A stretch of 62,123 bases of DNA, the filler included, from Choristocarpus tenellus KU-1152 (taxonomy: Eukaryota > Protista > Phaeophyceae), in NCBI GenBank assembly GCA_964200185.2. It is 9 parts of 9 records of this genome, joined end to end, with 100 filler letters (N's around TTAATTAATTAA, not from the genome) between each part and the next. Parts side by side here need not be neighbours in the genome. Positions count along the whole stretch, not along the records: positions 6,776 to 15,536 come from CAXNAD020004353.1; positions 15,637 to 18,629 come from CAXNAD020023074.1; positions 18,730 to 32,476 come from CAXNAD020001382.1; 6 more parts are not named here. The stretch is one strand, 5' to 3'. The first letter of the stretch is position 1. Every line of letters begins with the position of its first letter. Of this stretch, positions 12,801 to 25,100 are shown piece by piece. The position numbers were made by a program, and so were the translations under genes. The notes under the pieces were generated by a model. It did no database searches, was not told where the DNA came from, and saw only the letters and a program-made list of their open reading frames with translations.

Positions 12801-15458
12801 GCAAGAGGTGTGTCCGTTAAGTGTGCATCATCTACATGATCAGGAGGAGTGCGCCATATGATATTGATGCCCAAACAAAACGAATGCCAATTCCCAGCCT
12901 TTTTCACTGTGTCAAGTCCTGATGCCAAACCTTGAGTCGAAGGTGGTAGCAACCATTATACTCTGGACTAGTTTGTAGAAGACATGCGAACTCTGTGATA
13001 ATAGTAATTATATCAATAATAGTTTGTATCACCCCCCTTGATTTTCTGGTCCTAACCCTACATACTGTGCTGGCTCTAAAATGCTAAGCCTATCACACTA
13101 GAGCTTAAATGGTGCACCACATCAGTGTGCATGAGATGGTTAGCCCTTCTCCTAAGAACCAGCTTGTTACATGCACATGTGATACATACCTGTTTATGTT
13201 TGTTAGACCTTTGGATGCAAGGAGTATATTCCTTCAGTGATGTGACTCTAAGCAACTCTTTTAAACTTCATAGCCGTGGACAATGTGTGTGTGTGTGTGT
13301 TTACTTGTTAGGATGGCAATCTCTTGAATCTATTTTTAGAACGTTTGGGAAACCCCTGTGGTACTGTAAAAGTAGTCAGCTGACTTATCTCCTCGGTAGC
13401 ACAGGGGTTTAGTAAAAATTCTAACATCTGTCCCAGGTACTGACTAGTTAGTAGAAATATGGGCTTTCTCAAGTGGCTCTAGAGCTGTTACAGGGTGACT
13501 CTGTAGCCATTATATATATTTATGTTTATTATACTATTGAAATGTTCAGACATTATTATTATTATTATTATTATTGTGCTGCTCTCGCCAACCGCAAAGC
13601 ATGGGGTATTTGCCTCTATCAAGCACCCAATCTACCTGTGTTATCCACCATGTTTTGGAATGAACATTTATCATTGTGGAGTGGATGGTTCGCCCAGAGT
13701 GTGCTTTTAGTTGTTTTTGCTGCTGTGGGGCCTCATCACAGTTGAAACAATTAGTGGAAAAAAAAGAAGAGACAAAGCAGTTGCAGACTGGCAATGAACC
13801 CAGGTTGCCTAGGGTTGTTGAATTCAAACCAACTGTGGTGTCATGTCGCCCTCCTGAATCTCCTTCTAGTGTTAGTGTGTGCATGGTTTACTCACTTGGC
13901 TACAGGTGCAATTGATGTAGAGGACCTTTAATGATTAATTTTTTTAGTAGTGTGAAAACGCCCCAATCAATAAAAGATGTGTAGTAAGTTTTCGATATTT
14001 GACATTTTATGTGGTATTATGGTACAATGAACAGGAACACAAGTGTGTCGGACATACTTGATGGAAACATACACCGGAAGTATTTGATGAAAGAGGGTAC
14101 CATTGGTCCAAACAGAAATTGTGAGCATTTTATGTTTCTTTTGATGAATGAATGAAATGCGTTGAGGTGGCTGAAAGTTACACTAGGTTAGTCTTTCGGA
14201 GTTATTGTCAGTCAATCGCACTGATCAAACCGATTAAGATTCAATTGAGGAATAATCAAGAGATAATTAATGAAGAAATAATCAAGAGATATTTAATTAA
14301 GGAATTATCAAGAGATTCTTAATTGAGGAATAATCGAGAGGTAAATAGTTGACCCATATTCGAGAGATAATTAATTTGGGAATAATCAAGAGATAATTAA
14401 TTGAGAAATAATCAGAAGATAATTAATTGAGGCGTAGTTGAGAGATAATTAATTGGTAGAGTTAACTCGGTCAATTTATTTGTCTGATTTGTTTTTATTT
14501 TTATTATTGTTGTATGTATGCGTGCTGTGTGATCCGCTTTGAATTTTCTGGTCTTGCTTGGTTTTTTTTAATCAAGAGTCAGCTTGTGACAGTTGGATTT
14601 GATTTATAGTTTATCAAGTCTTGTAGTGTTGACTAGTAAGACATCCACGGGTTCTTTCGATTCACAGAGTATGTATGTATGTATGTATGTTTTATATTTG
14701 TATGTTTTATATTTGTATGTTTTATATTTGTATGTATGTGTGTGTGTATACTTTTATTGAGTTTAACTAGTTCAATCAATTGTGGTTGTGCACTGGATCC
14801 ACCACAGTATATATCAAGTTTGAGGGTACATACCCTTAACCCTTACCCTGTCACTTCCTACTATATACTGTATACATATGAAGGAGTGGGTAGTTTTAAG
14901 AGGTGTTGTACCTGTTGTGGGACATCCCTGTCCCCACAAGAGATTGAAAGGAAGAGTGCAACCCAGTTACCCGTTTTCAGCACAATTGTTATTTTCTAAA
15001 AGGTACCCTCTAGCCCAGTCAGTCACTTGCTGGGGAAATTGAAGCTCTGGAGAGCTGCCCCACAATGGTATAGCCCAGAATGCAAGGGCGGTTTTGTGAT
15101 GGTCAGATGAGAGTCTGTGCTATGGTAAGGGTCTACATCGATGTGCTTGGTGATGCAGTCAGATTTTATACAGTAATTTTATACAGCAATTTTGGCTGCT
15201 GAGTGTTGGTTGTGTTTGATGGGTGATGTTGATATTGATTCATGGTGGATGATGTGTGGTATGGTTGATGGATGGGATTAGCATGTATCTCCGTCTCTCT
15301 CTCTCTCTCTCTCTCTCTCTCAGGTGCCAAATTATGATTCATTCTTACCAGCTGTTCGGTGTGTTAGAAAGTGGGCCAAGGCTAGGGGACTGTACAGTAA
15401 CAAGATGGGTTACCTCGGTGGAGTGAACTTCAATATCATGGTGGCCTTCGCCTGTCAG
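9870..15458 (+). CDS. PAP: Canonical poly(A) polymerase, 5' part; exons 9870-10067, 10361-10504, 10748-10840, 12450-12629, 15324-15458 (truncated by contig end)
   Basis: GT-AG exons join in frame. Motifs: RRREVVLGKL, the nucleotidyltransferase motif GSYRLRIHEPGSDID, VPIITFDFDEINIDL (third Asp), INGPRVT and VRKWAKARGLYSNKMGYLGGV. All are hallmarks of eukaryotic PAP (PAPOLA/Pap1). Confidence 0.96.
14243..14455. repeat. AT-rich minisatellite, 26-bp unit x ~8, in PAP intron 4
   Basis: Consensus AATTGAGGAATAATCAAGAGATAATT, with the AATAATC core at about 14251, 14277, 14303, 14329, 14381 and 14407. Confidence 0.9.
14669..14748. repeat. Compound microsatellite: (TATG)n, 15-bp TTTATATTTGTATGT x3, (TG)n
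   Basis: Directly visible. Confidence 0.9.
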
Positions 15459-15477
15459 GTTAGAGGAGAAACCCCCC

Positions 15478-15516
<39 letters not shown>

Positions 15517-16235
15517 TCCCTCAACCTAGATCACAANNNNNNNNNNNNNNNNNNNNNNNNNNNNNNNNNNNNNNNNNNNNTTAATTAATTAANNNNNNNN
15601 NNNNNNNNNNNNNNNNNNNNNNNNNNNNNNNNNNNNCATCGTTTTAAGGTCGTTGGATTTGAGTTGTACATCCTGGAAGGTGAGCATTGAGGGGCGCCTG
15701 TAACAGTAGACACCCTACCAACAAGTGATTCAATTCCCCAACGTCCTACAATTTTAAAGAAACGTCTATGGTGTGCAACACTATGATGGACTTCGTCACG
15801 ATAAACAGTTCTTGTGACAAAGCACAGAGATAGTCGAGACAATTATCATAATGACCTCTGCCCCAAAGTCGGTCTATTTAATGAAACACGGAAAACATGG
15901 TCCGGATAAAGGCGAAAAAAAAGAAAACGTTATGTTTTATGTTCAGAGTAGCGTATGTATACCTTTTGTGTGGAAGTAGGCAGTATGGGACTAGGACAAA
16001 AGAAGACAAAATATTCTTGTCCTTCACTTCAGTAGATAGTGTGTATGTGATTCAGACCCTGTAACCAAGGTTCTGTCACTGCTATGTTATTATTCTTTTT
16101 CTTTTTCACTCTTAGAGGGTAGGGGGAACTGTGGAAGGAGCTGTCCTGAAAGCACAGCTGAAGTAAACGAAGACTGAATAGACACTCGAAAAGTTAAGTG
16201 GATGCACGTGAGCAGCATAAAATTGCCCAGCAAAC

Positions 16236-17500
16236 TGTGCAGATTTAGACTGTTGTTTGTGTAAGGATGGAAGAAGAGAGAAGAAAGAAATGGAAGCCTC
16301 ACGCAATTCCCCAGTGCTGAATATGATCACATAGTTAAAGTGAATAGTGACCCTGTGGGGTGTATTCTTATTGCTTTTTTAATATTATTTGTGTCTCATA
16401 GGTAAGTCAACGACTATGTCAGAGTAGTTTAACTGCAATACCAAACCCCATACATGGTTTGGATATACTTTCTCATTAGTTACATCGCATCGACTCACAA
16501 TCCAATGCCATAATCTGACAATAAGTAAGGGGTACAACTTACGACTGTCCTATTTTGGACACCCCCGCATGAGAGTGCAGGCAGTGAAGGTTTGCTGGAA
16601 CTCTCGAACCTAAAAAAATACATCCATAGTCCGAACGACGAATTCATTTACAATCTTGTCGACTCTGCCTGCATGAATGGTCCTGAATCATTTCGGTTAT
16701 ATATTATCATAATTTGTAACTTATTCTGCACACAAACCCATGAAGGGTCAACGGTCCCTCGGTCGTTTCTGTCTATGTCCGTGGGGCCCACTAGGGGTGT
16801 ATGCATATACAGTTGCTGACTCTGATCTTCATCAATCCATTTGGCCCTGTCTCCAGGGTATCAAACAACAAAGAGACCCTGATCCATAGACAACAACAGA
16901 TGAGCTCAGTTCGCTAGTCAACCTTTTTCCTCTCCCAACGAAAATTGCATCACATCTACGTTGAGTAGTCGAGGATTGCTGTTCTTCCATTCTTACGCTG
17001 CACTCCTACTCATACACTGTACCATATCTCAAACAGCTGAGTCGCCAAAGAGACCACGCTCACTCCTATCGTAATCCTGAGACTCGACATTAACTTTTCA
17101 CTCTCCCAGTGAGCATTACCGCCGAGCATGAATGATAGTGCCATGGATTGCATCAGGGATGTCGAGCTCGACCAAGGCTCCAGCAAAACAAGTGTCTGCA
17201 AGGCGGCCCACAACAGAGAAGCTGCAAGCACGAGCAAAGGTGAAAACCATCCTGCCCAAACACAACAATATACCTAGAATTAGTTGGCTAAAATGTTGCT
17301 TTCATAACCACAGTAAGGGGTGCATCCACGACAACGTCAGCCAAGGCCCCGAGAGATGTCGTGGCATACTTGTAGGCATTGGCATTGTGAGAGTCACGAG
17401 TAAAAAAAATCGTGGAACCATAGGGGCATTTCATTGCTCCACACACTGGTAAAGCGCTTTCCAGGGAAGGAATAGTAGTACATCGTACCGAAAAAGTAGT
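16236..17500 (-). mobile_element. Heavily decayed copia 3' end: RT/RNase H relic, PPT and LTR (family B, 16236-16561)
   Basis: The minus strand reads CTCTCATGCGGGGG-TGTCCAAAATAGGAC (PPT plus LTR start). The LTR body aligns to 39084-39429 and 49342-49539. There is a relic LDIPDAI resembling RPDIAYA. The right boundary is approximate. Confidence 0.7.
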
Positions 17501-18549
17501 TGGGCGAACGATTTCTTGAAGAGAGGTGGAACACGAGATGTTGGCTGATTAAGTGGGAGGTGTCGGCACCAATGCCGCCAAAACAAAAGGTTTCGTACGG
17601 AATTTTTATCTCCTTCTCGCGTTAGAAATTAGCCGCATTCAGGACTGTGATGGGTGATGATTGGAGTTGCCACGTAGTCGGCGGCTAGCGCCCAGTACCC
17701 ATGAACCATGACCCATGAACCAACCAGAGTCGTTCAGAATATATTTGGAGGGCAAGTTCTGTAAGTGGTGGGTCAACAGGCAACAGGCACTGGGGTCCTG
17801 TTGCATGGACGGTCGGTGCCACTACTTAGAGTTGAAGGGTGGGTCAATTGTCTATAACGGATGTGCTACACCACTTGTGCTATGCGTGAAAAAGGTCTAC
17901 CCGTGCGAGTATTATCGGGATGTTTTGTGGAGGGGTTAACCCCGGTCTATTGGAGGGGAACTGTACAGAGAATTGAGAGACAACGTTCTCTTAACACCAG
18001 ATATCACTAAGACGGTACTGTGGACTATGGAGATAGGGAGATGGATACAGCGATTCATCGAACAAGATAATTCCAAAATGAAATCTACACATCTTGAACC
18101 GTTATCTGGCTCACCAAATGCTAGGCATTAAAAGAGGTCCTGGCAGAGATGTCCTGCTTAGTACATCTTTAGTTGTTTGAGGTACTCTGAATTATTGCAA
18201 GTAATGTGTTCCTTTCAAACATATGTCCTACACTGTGCCAAAGGTTCTAATTAACAAGGCGTTTGAACAACCTGGGTAGAGCAGGGGAGAAGGACTATGA
18301 GGAGCCCTGTGGGAAGTAACACTATTATGATGACTGCAAAGGCGAAACCATTTCCATCACCAATGGTGAATTGAGGACGGTGGTAGGAGCTTTATGTAAG
18401 GTTAGTAAACGTTCCTTGGAAGGACCCAACCATCAGGTCAGCAAGATTAAGATACTCACTGCAATGTCGATATTTCGAGCCCCAGGGTTCCTCATCATTC
18501 GATGAAAACACTAGTGACTTTGGTAAAGAGAACCTTTGAGTACCTTGCG

Positions 18550-18629
18550 AGTCAAAGTATCTGGAAGGAGGGCTGGTTTGTGAGGGGGCGTCCGTTTCGG
18601 TCAAACAACTCTTTTTTTTGCTGACATTT
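18550..18629. mobile_element. MITE family B-like terminal fragment at contig end
   Basis: GAGTCAAAGTATCTGGAAGGAGGG matches the family B TIR. Confidence 0.6.
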
Positions 18630-19124
18630 NNNNNNNNNNNNNNNNNNNNNNNNNNNNNNNNNNNNNNNNNNNNTTAATTAATTAANNNNNNNNNNNNNNN
18701 NNNNNNNNNNNNNNNNNNNNNNNNNNNNNATGTTTCCCCCCACTCCCCCCCCCTCCTATGTTCATGTTTTGAAGTAATTCGAACATACATCATATGCATT
18801 CCCCAACCCACGGGCCAGGACACACACAAATATACCCCTGGGCTGGTTGTAGTATGGTAGAAATTGATGCAATTTTGTAGCAAAGCTATCAGTCCACCTC
18901 TCGCCTTGCAGTCCCTACCTCTCATCTATCAATGTGCTTGAGGCTCCTCATTCATCAAGGAAATCCTTACACTTCATTCTCACACCCAAAATGAGCATAT
19001 TGCAATGTCCCATATATCTCAAACCATAGTAGTCTACTGTAGCTATTCACTAACCTCAATACTACACTTTTTTCTGTTATGGTTATATGATGACAGCCGG
19101 TACTCGTGTTTTGTACCATCCCAG

Positions 19125-22100
19125 TGCGACTATTGTTGTAGGGGACTGGGGTACCTGATACTTCTGGGAGATTGGGGGCGCACCTTAAAGGTGAGGTATT
19201 AGTGAGGTAGGAGTACATAAGAGTTTGGTACAAATATGTGCTGTACATGTACTGTGTGGTACATGGGCATATGTTCACAGTACGCAACCGTATGCAAGCA
19301 TGTACTGCACATGTACTGCTTGGTTAAAGTGTAGATGTTGTCAATATACAACTGCATTCAAGTTGGGTGTGAATTGTCGACCTAAAGTTCTTTCTAACTC
19401 TAACCCTCATCCAATCCCTTCATAAGAGATGGTCTTGGAGCAAAGTGTATTCCCTGCCCCTACCTTTGCGCTGGAATATTCTAAACAATAGACACATTCT
19501 ATGTTCAAGAGTGAGTAATCTTGACATATCTATGTGCAGTGTATACTGTGTGCACTATGCTTCTTCTATTGATTAAATATTATTGTTGTTGTTAGGTTTT
19601 CTTAACACCTCTTGATAGTATATGGATGGATGCCTTGTTGAGTCGAAAAGATTGATCAATGCCATTATAGTGAGAAGATGGGAATTGTTTGAACCAATGT
19701 GGTGTGTGAATCAAGACTTGTCTATCCCGGACACTTGATGCGTTTGGCTCCATGAACGGCTTCATAGAGTCCGCATTATAGATTCAATACCCAATGTTCA
19801 CGAACTTATTGCCTTTGCAAACTTATGCCCCCAATCATGTATGCCACGTGGCCAAACCTTGCCTTGGTGGAGTGCAGTACACCCTCTAAAGCATTGCTTG
19901 CATGGAACAACTCTGTGAACCCGCTGAGTGTAGGGTCTACTTTGATATGGTTATATTTTATTGTTTTCATTCAAGTTTTCCGAGGGTTTAGAAGCTGGTG
20001 CTTGTGTGACTTTAACATCAACGTTCTCTCAATCCTCTCACTCAGTTTTACTATGGATATGAATAACGTTGATGTGTGTTTGTCTTGAGAAACAAGACAA
20101 GACTATTGATAAGTTCATGTCGAGTATCAATATATATATATTTTCCACTAATGCTGCAATGGCGGGTCCCCAAATTCGCTACATCATTTATTAGATGATA
20201 TGCTTGTACCCAGCTAGCTTCCATATAGTGGAGGGAACTGAAGTTATCAATAGTCCCCCTGCTCTGCTTGAATAGAACTCAGCTGTCGCAATTGTCGGAG
20301 CACACTTCCAAATTGAGGTGAGGGGTTTCTATAGGGGCGAGAGAAATAGGATTGGTAGTAAAGCCCTATCCCTAATCCAAACTTTCCAATCACTGATTTC
20401 CCCCCCCTTTCTGCCCCCCCTCATACAAGAACGTTCCCAATCTTCCTCCCTCCCCCCAGGTTGTCACTGAGGACAAGGCAACAATCATGTCGTGTGTAGG
20501 AGAGGTACACTCGCTGTGCCAGGAGAATGAAGAAGAGGCGGATATGTCCCTCAATAACCAAGCAATACCTTCCAAGGGATCAAAGTCTATTTTGAAGAGG
20601 GCCAGGGAAGAGGCCATGGCGGTGGAAAGAAATGGATCTGGTCCCACTGATGGTGATGAGTGTTGGAGACAGTGTTATGGGATGTATATATGGAGTCCAC
20701 ATTTCCGCCCAAGGTTCTACACCTAGCTACAACCTCGAGCCCAAGCAGCAATCCTTTCAAGGGACTGCTTGAAACCAATATCGTCGTTGATTAGACAAAT
20801 ATATACACCTGGCTAAGTCCCGGGCACTATAGTACACCGGAGTAATCAAAATTGCGAAGCTTTCTCATAAGAAAAGCAATAGCAGTTGTCCCAGTCCTGA
20901 CCTTTAGCTGAAATTGAACTCAACCCTGGACCTATAATCGTACCTGAATGGGGAATCACTCGTGAGTTTTGACTATCTCCTTTACCAACTCCTCGAAGAC
21001 ACACATGCGCCTACGTGCAACAAACAAGACACCTTGTCACAGTGATCAATCTAATTTTTCCATTGCAATTCAATTGCAAAACCATGGACACACCTGCTGG
21101 AAAAATATGGGAAGTGGATGGTGTGAAGTCTATATCCAACAAGCGATTCAGGCGCAGAGAACAGCAGTTGGATGGCACCTCCACTGTTTCCCCAGCCATT
21201 GCTGAGGTAGGTTGACCTATTTGAAGATAGAACTTGCAGGATGTACAGCAAACCACATATTATTGGTTAATATTTTTACATTATGTGTCTATCAATATCG
21301 TAACAGCAAAATTCCTGTTTTTCCACTTGGTATAGAGTGCTGTTAAGTCTACCAGGTTGGTATTAGCCCAATCTCTGTTGTTAATCTGTCATTCATCATG
21401 GGCTTCTTGCTAGAGGTTCTTAGGTTGGGTTTGTCTTCATAAGTAGACGTTGGGTTGAGGCTTCACCATCATTTTTATGGTTTGCTTTTCATCTGTTTTG
21501 ACTATCTTCAATAAGAGGAAGAGATATTTCACCTGCTACAGATAACCTGGTATATTTATGTGTGGAAGAACTTTTCATTGTGGTTCAAAGAACTCATACA
21601 GAAGATAGTGCCACCTAGGGTAATTTATGTTTGATAATTCTCAGTACAATGAGATCCTAGCAATGCTTACGGTACAAACATCACCAATAATATGAGGAGG
21701 GACAATCGATGGAGTATTCCATTTTTTTCTAGCTTTTCATGTTAGGCAACCTAAATAACCTAAAGTGCAACCCTTGAAGAGTTACAAGTGAGAAATGTCC
21801 TGGGAAAGTTGTCTCATAAGGATAAAAACTACTGCATATGCGCTTTTCAATAAGAAAGGTATGGATATACTCTGGAGTACTTCCTGTGATGCGTTTTTTT
21901 TTTTTGTTGCCTCTCACTATCCCTTCTAACCCACGGGCTTGTCTCTAGTTGACTCAGTCAATGATGGTTCGTTACTGAGCTTCTTTGATATCCTTTCCCA
22001 AATATGGCCTCAAAAAGTGGAGAATGTTATTTTTTTCCTCAAGAGCAAAAAAGAAAAAGAAAATTCTCTGCAGATACTTTACTCACCAGGAAGAGCGGAT

Positions 22101-25100
22101 TTTTGGTGCAGTTTTAGAGACCTGGTGCTTGGGGCTTGTAGTGCCTTGTGGTGGCTTGAGCTTTTCCCCTCACGGATTGCTTCAGTGCTTGTGGACTGTG
22201 TTGTTGGGCACTAGTTATTGTTCAACATAAAGTTGTCCAAAAGTCAAGCTAATGCTAAATGGTTTGGCATCCACTGGCCCTAAAAAGTGTGGATGAAGTG
22301 TGCAATGGGTGTGCATGTAGGTGTACATGTTGTAGGCGTGCTTGTGTGTTTGATGATTGAGCTTTTGGGGTGAGTGAATAGTTGATGTGCATATCTTTTA
22401 CCTCTACATGGTATAATTTTTTTGGTAGCCAAATTCAACCCAATACCCGTATCCCTATGTATCACTATGTAATAATCCTAACCCTAATCCTCTACTGTCT
22501 CTTCTGATATAATATTTTGTGTGGAAATAATTTTTTTCCCAGGTTAACAACATCAAAGGACCGCCCCCCTGCCCTTCATCCCCCTCTGTACCTGGATCGG
22601 TTGAGATCAAACTTGCATTAACAGGGGGTACTAGGTACCGCCTCCAACTGGGCAGGACCCTGGTGGGGAGGATGAGAGTAAGTGAGAATTGGGAAAATAA
22701 ATGTACAGAGTGGTCAAATTGTTTTCGATTCCTGTGTGCGATTTTTGAAATAAGAAATGATTTTCTTCAACCCAGAAAAGGATGGTTTCTGTTGCTCTTT
22801 GAGGGGAACAAGCATAATCCAAAGCACTGTTAATATTTACTGTCTACTACTAGAAGTAGTACAGTCCAGCTCTGTATATAAGTGGTGATCCTGCCGTCTT
22901 GTGTTGCATACTTGACAGAACTGCAGGGAGATACTTAGGTAGGATTCATTACTTTCTTATATTTTATAGAAACCCTAATATGGTAACAATATTGTTCAAA
23001 TGACAACCTTCTGCGTCATTCAAACTTTCCCCCCCAAAGTTGCAACTAATGCAATCTGTTTGTTTACCTCAATATATATTTTCTATAGTACAAACCTGTA
23101 CATTTTCTGTATAGTGGTTGAAATAAGTGGTAACAATTTTATGGTTGACCAGTCTTGTAAAAAAACAACTAATTCAAAACATTTGTTGAGGATCTAACTA
23201 TATATTGGCCATCATTGTATGGGAATAGTTGCTTGTGTTGTGTTGCATGCATGACGTTGCTAGTGGGTGACTGTGCAAGGTTTTCTTGTAAGGCACATAT
23301 GTCATCGGCAACCACCTTATCACACGATAGTAGTCAGCAATGCTCTTAGGAACCATGCTGTTGTCGTGAGCCTTTTTGTGCAGCTGCAATATGGAAATGT
23401 AGTGCTTAGTACGTACATCTATCATGGATATATATAAGAAGACCTTAACACCTTTTGATCCTGATCCCTGTGACGATTTCTTTTACTACAAAACTAAATT
23501 GTGAGAGCGGAGTATAAAAAGGAAGGTACTGCTTTTCAGAACTGTTGTAACGGGGCCCTGTACTATGCTTGATGATATTTTTTTGTATTGTGCCTTCATA
23601 CCACCCCTACTCCCTATCTCTGTATATCTATTCTGTAAAACACCTGAAAAATGGTGTCTAACACTCCGACACATCCTGCCTGACATACTGCACCGACTCT
23701 TCCGACCATTAGGTCACCCCCACCCCTCTGACAGGCCCTGCCTCACTCATGTTTGGTGGTATGAAAACCTTGAGAGGAGATGATAGTGATGACAAGACCT
23801 ACGGCAATGGTTCTTCAAGGGTTGATCCGGCAAAGCTTGTTTCACAGCTTTGTGCATCGCTCCTACCAGGCTACCCCATGAGGGATGGGATCTTGATTGG
23901 AACTGGATTTGAAGCTGGGACTGAGACCAGGACTGGGACTGGAACTTGTGCTTGGGTGAAAAGTAGTGGGGGTGAATTGCCAGCACTGGTGCAATTTTTT
24001 TCCGGGGAATTGGATGTGGGTGGTGAGGGGGCCTGCACTGGGGCTCGGAGGGGGCAATGCAGGAATGGGGTCAGTGGTGGGTGCAAGGCAAGGGGGGAGG
24101 GAGAGGGAGAGAATGATACATACAATATATCAGGTGTCCTTTCTAGTATGCCACTGGAAATTCTGAAAACGAAGATGAGAATGTTGTTGAGGGCTGTCGT
24201 GGATACCTCACAGAGGACAACAGGTGAAGATGAACCCATTTGACATTTCCCAAACTCATTGCTACTAGGATTTGTGTTCTTCCTTCAGACTAACTTTTTT
24301 TTTTGAGATGTCTACGTACACTGAAGAGGTTCAAATATAGATTTGATTTGTAGAGTTTTGAGGAGTCTTCTAAACATTGCTCGGAGAGAGGAGTGCTGGT
24401 CCTGCAGTTATACACAGCAGTCCCACGTATCAATTCTGTGTTTGGTAAAAACTTCGCTAGAGGTAGGCACTGAAACTTGACCTAGATTCGAGAAGTAAAT
24501 GATACACCTGCTAATCCTCTCAACTTCCCGTTCAAGTATCACCAGCAAACCCCGACTCAAACCCTATTCCCACTCCTGACCAAGCACCTGTGTTTCAAGT
24601 GATCTTTATCTACCTTCCCTGGTTCCCACTCCCCCCACCCCTCCCACCTTCCTCGCCTTCCCTCAAATCAATCATTATCTCTCATCCTTCAATTGCCTAC
24701 ACATTTGTGCAGAGTCTTCAATGGAACCAAGTGCAAGACCTGTGTCAATGAAAGAGATAGGTTCAGTGACAGGTACCATGCCAGAGACAGGGGCGAAAGG
24801 ACCTAAGCAGGGTGTACATTCCAACCTTTCCCCTGAGCCCCCAAATCTGACCGTTGCAAAGAAGGGAAACGTTAAGAACAGTGAAGCTCGTGCAAATGCG
24901 AGGGTTGTGGCAGTGATAGCAGCATCGACTGTGCCCAAGGACACTGGCCTTGATACAACCCCAAGATCTAAGCATGAGGTGCTAACGGAGGTTGTGGGGA
25001 CTGAATGTGAGTTGGTGCTTTCGCGAGAGAAGGTGCGAAGAGGAGCGGACTCGAAGGGTGAAGAAAAGAAGGTGCTTGGGGCAAGGCGTGGGCTACCACT

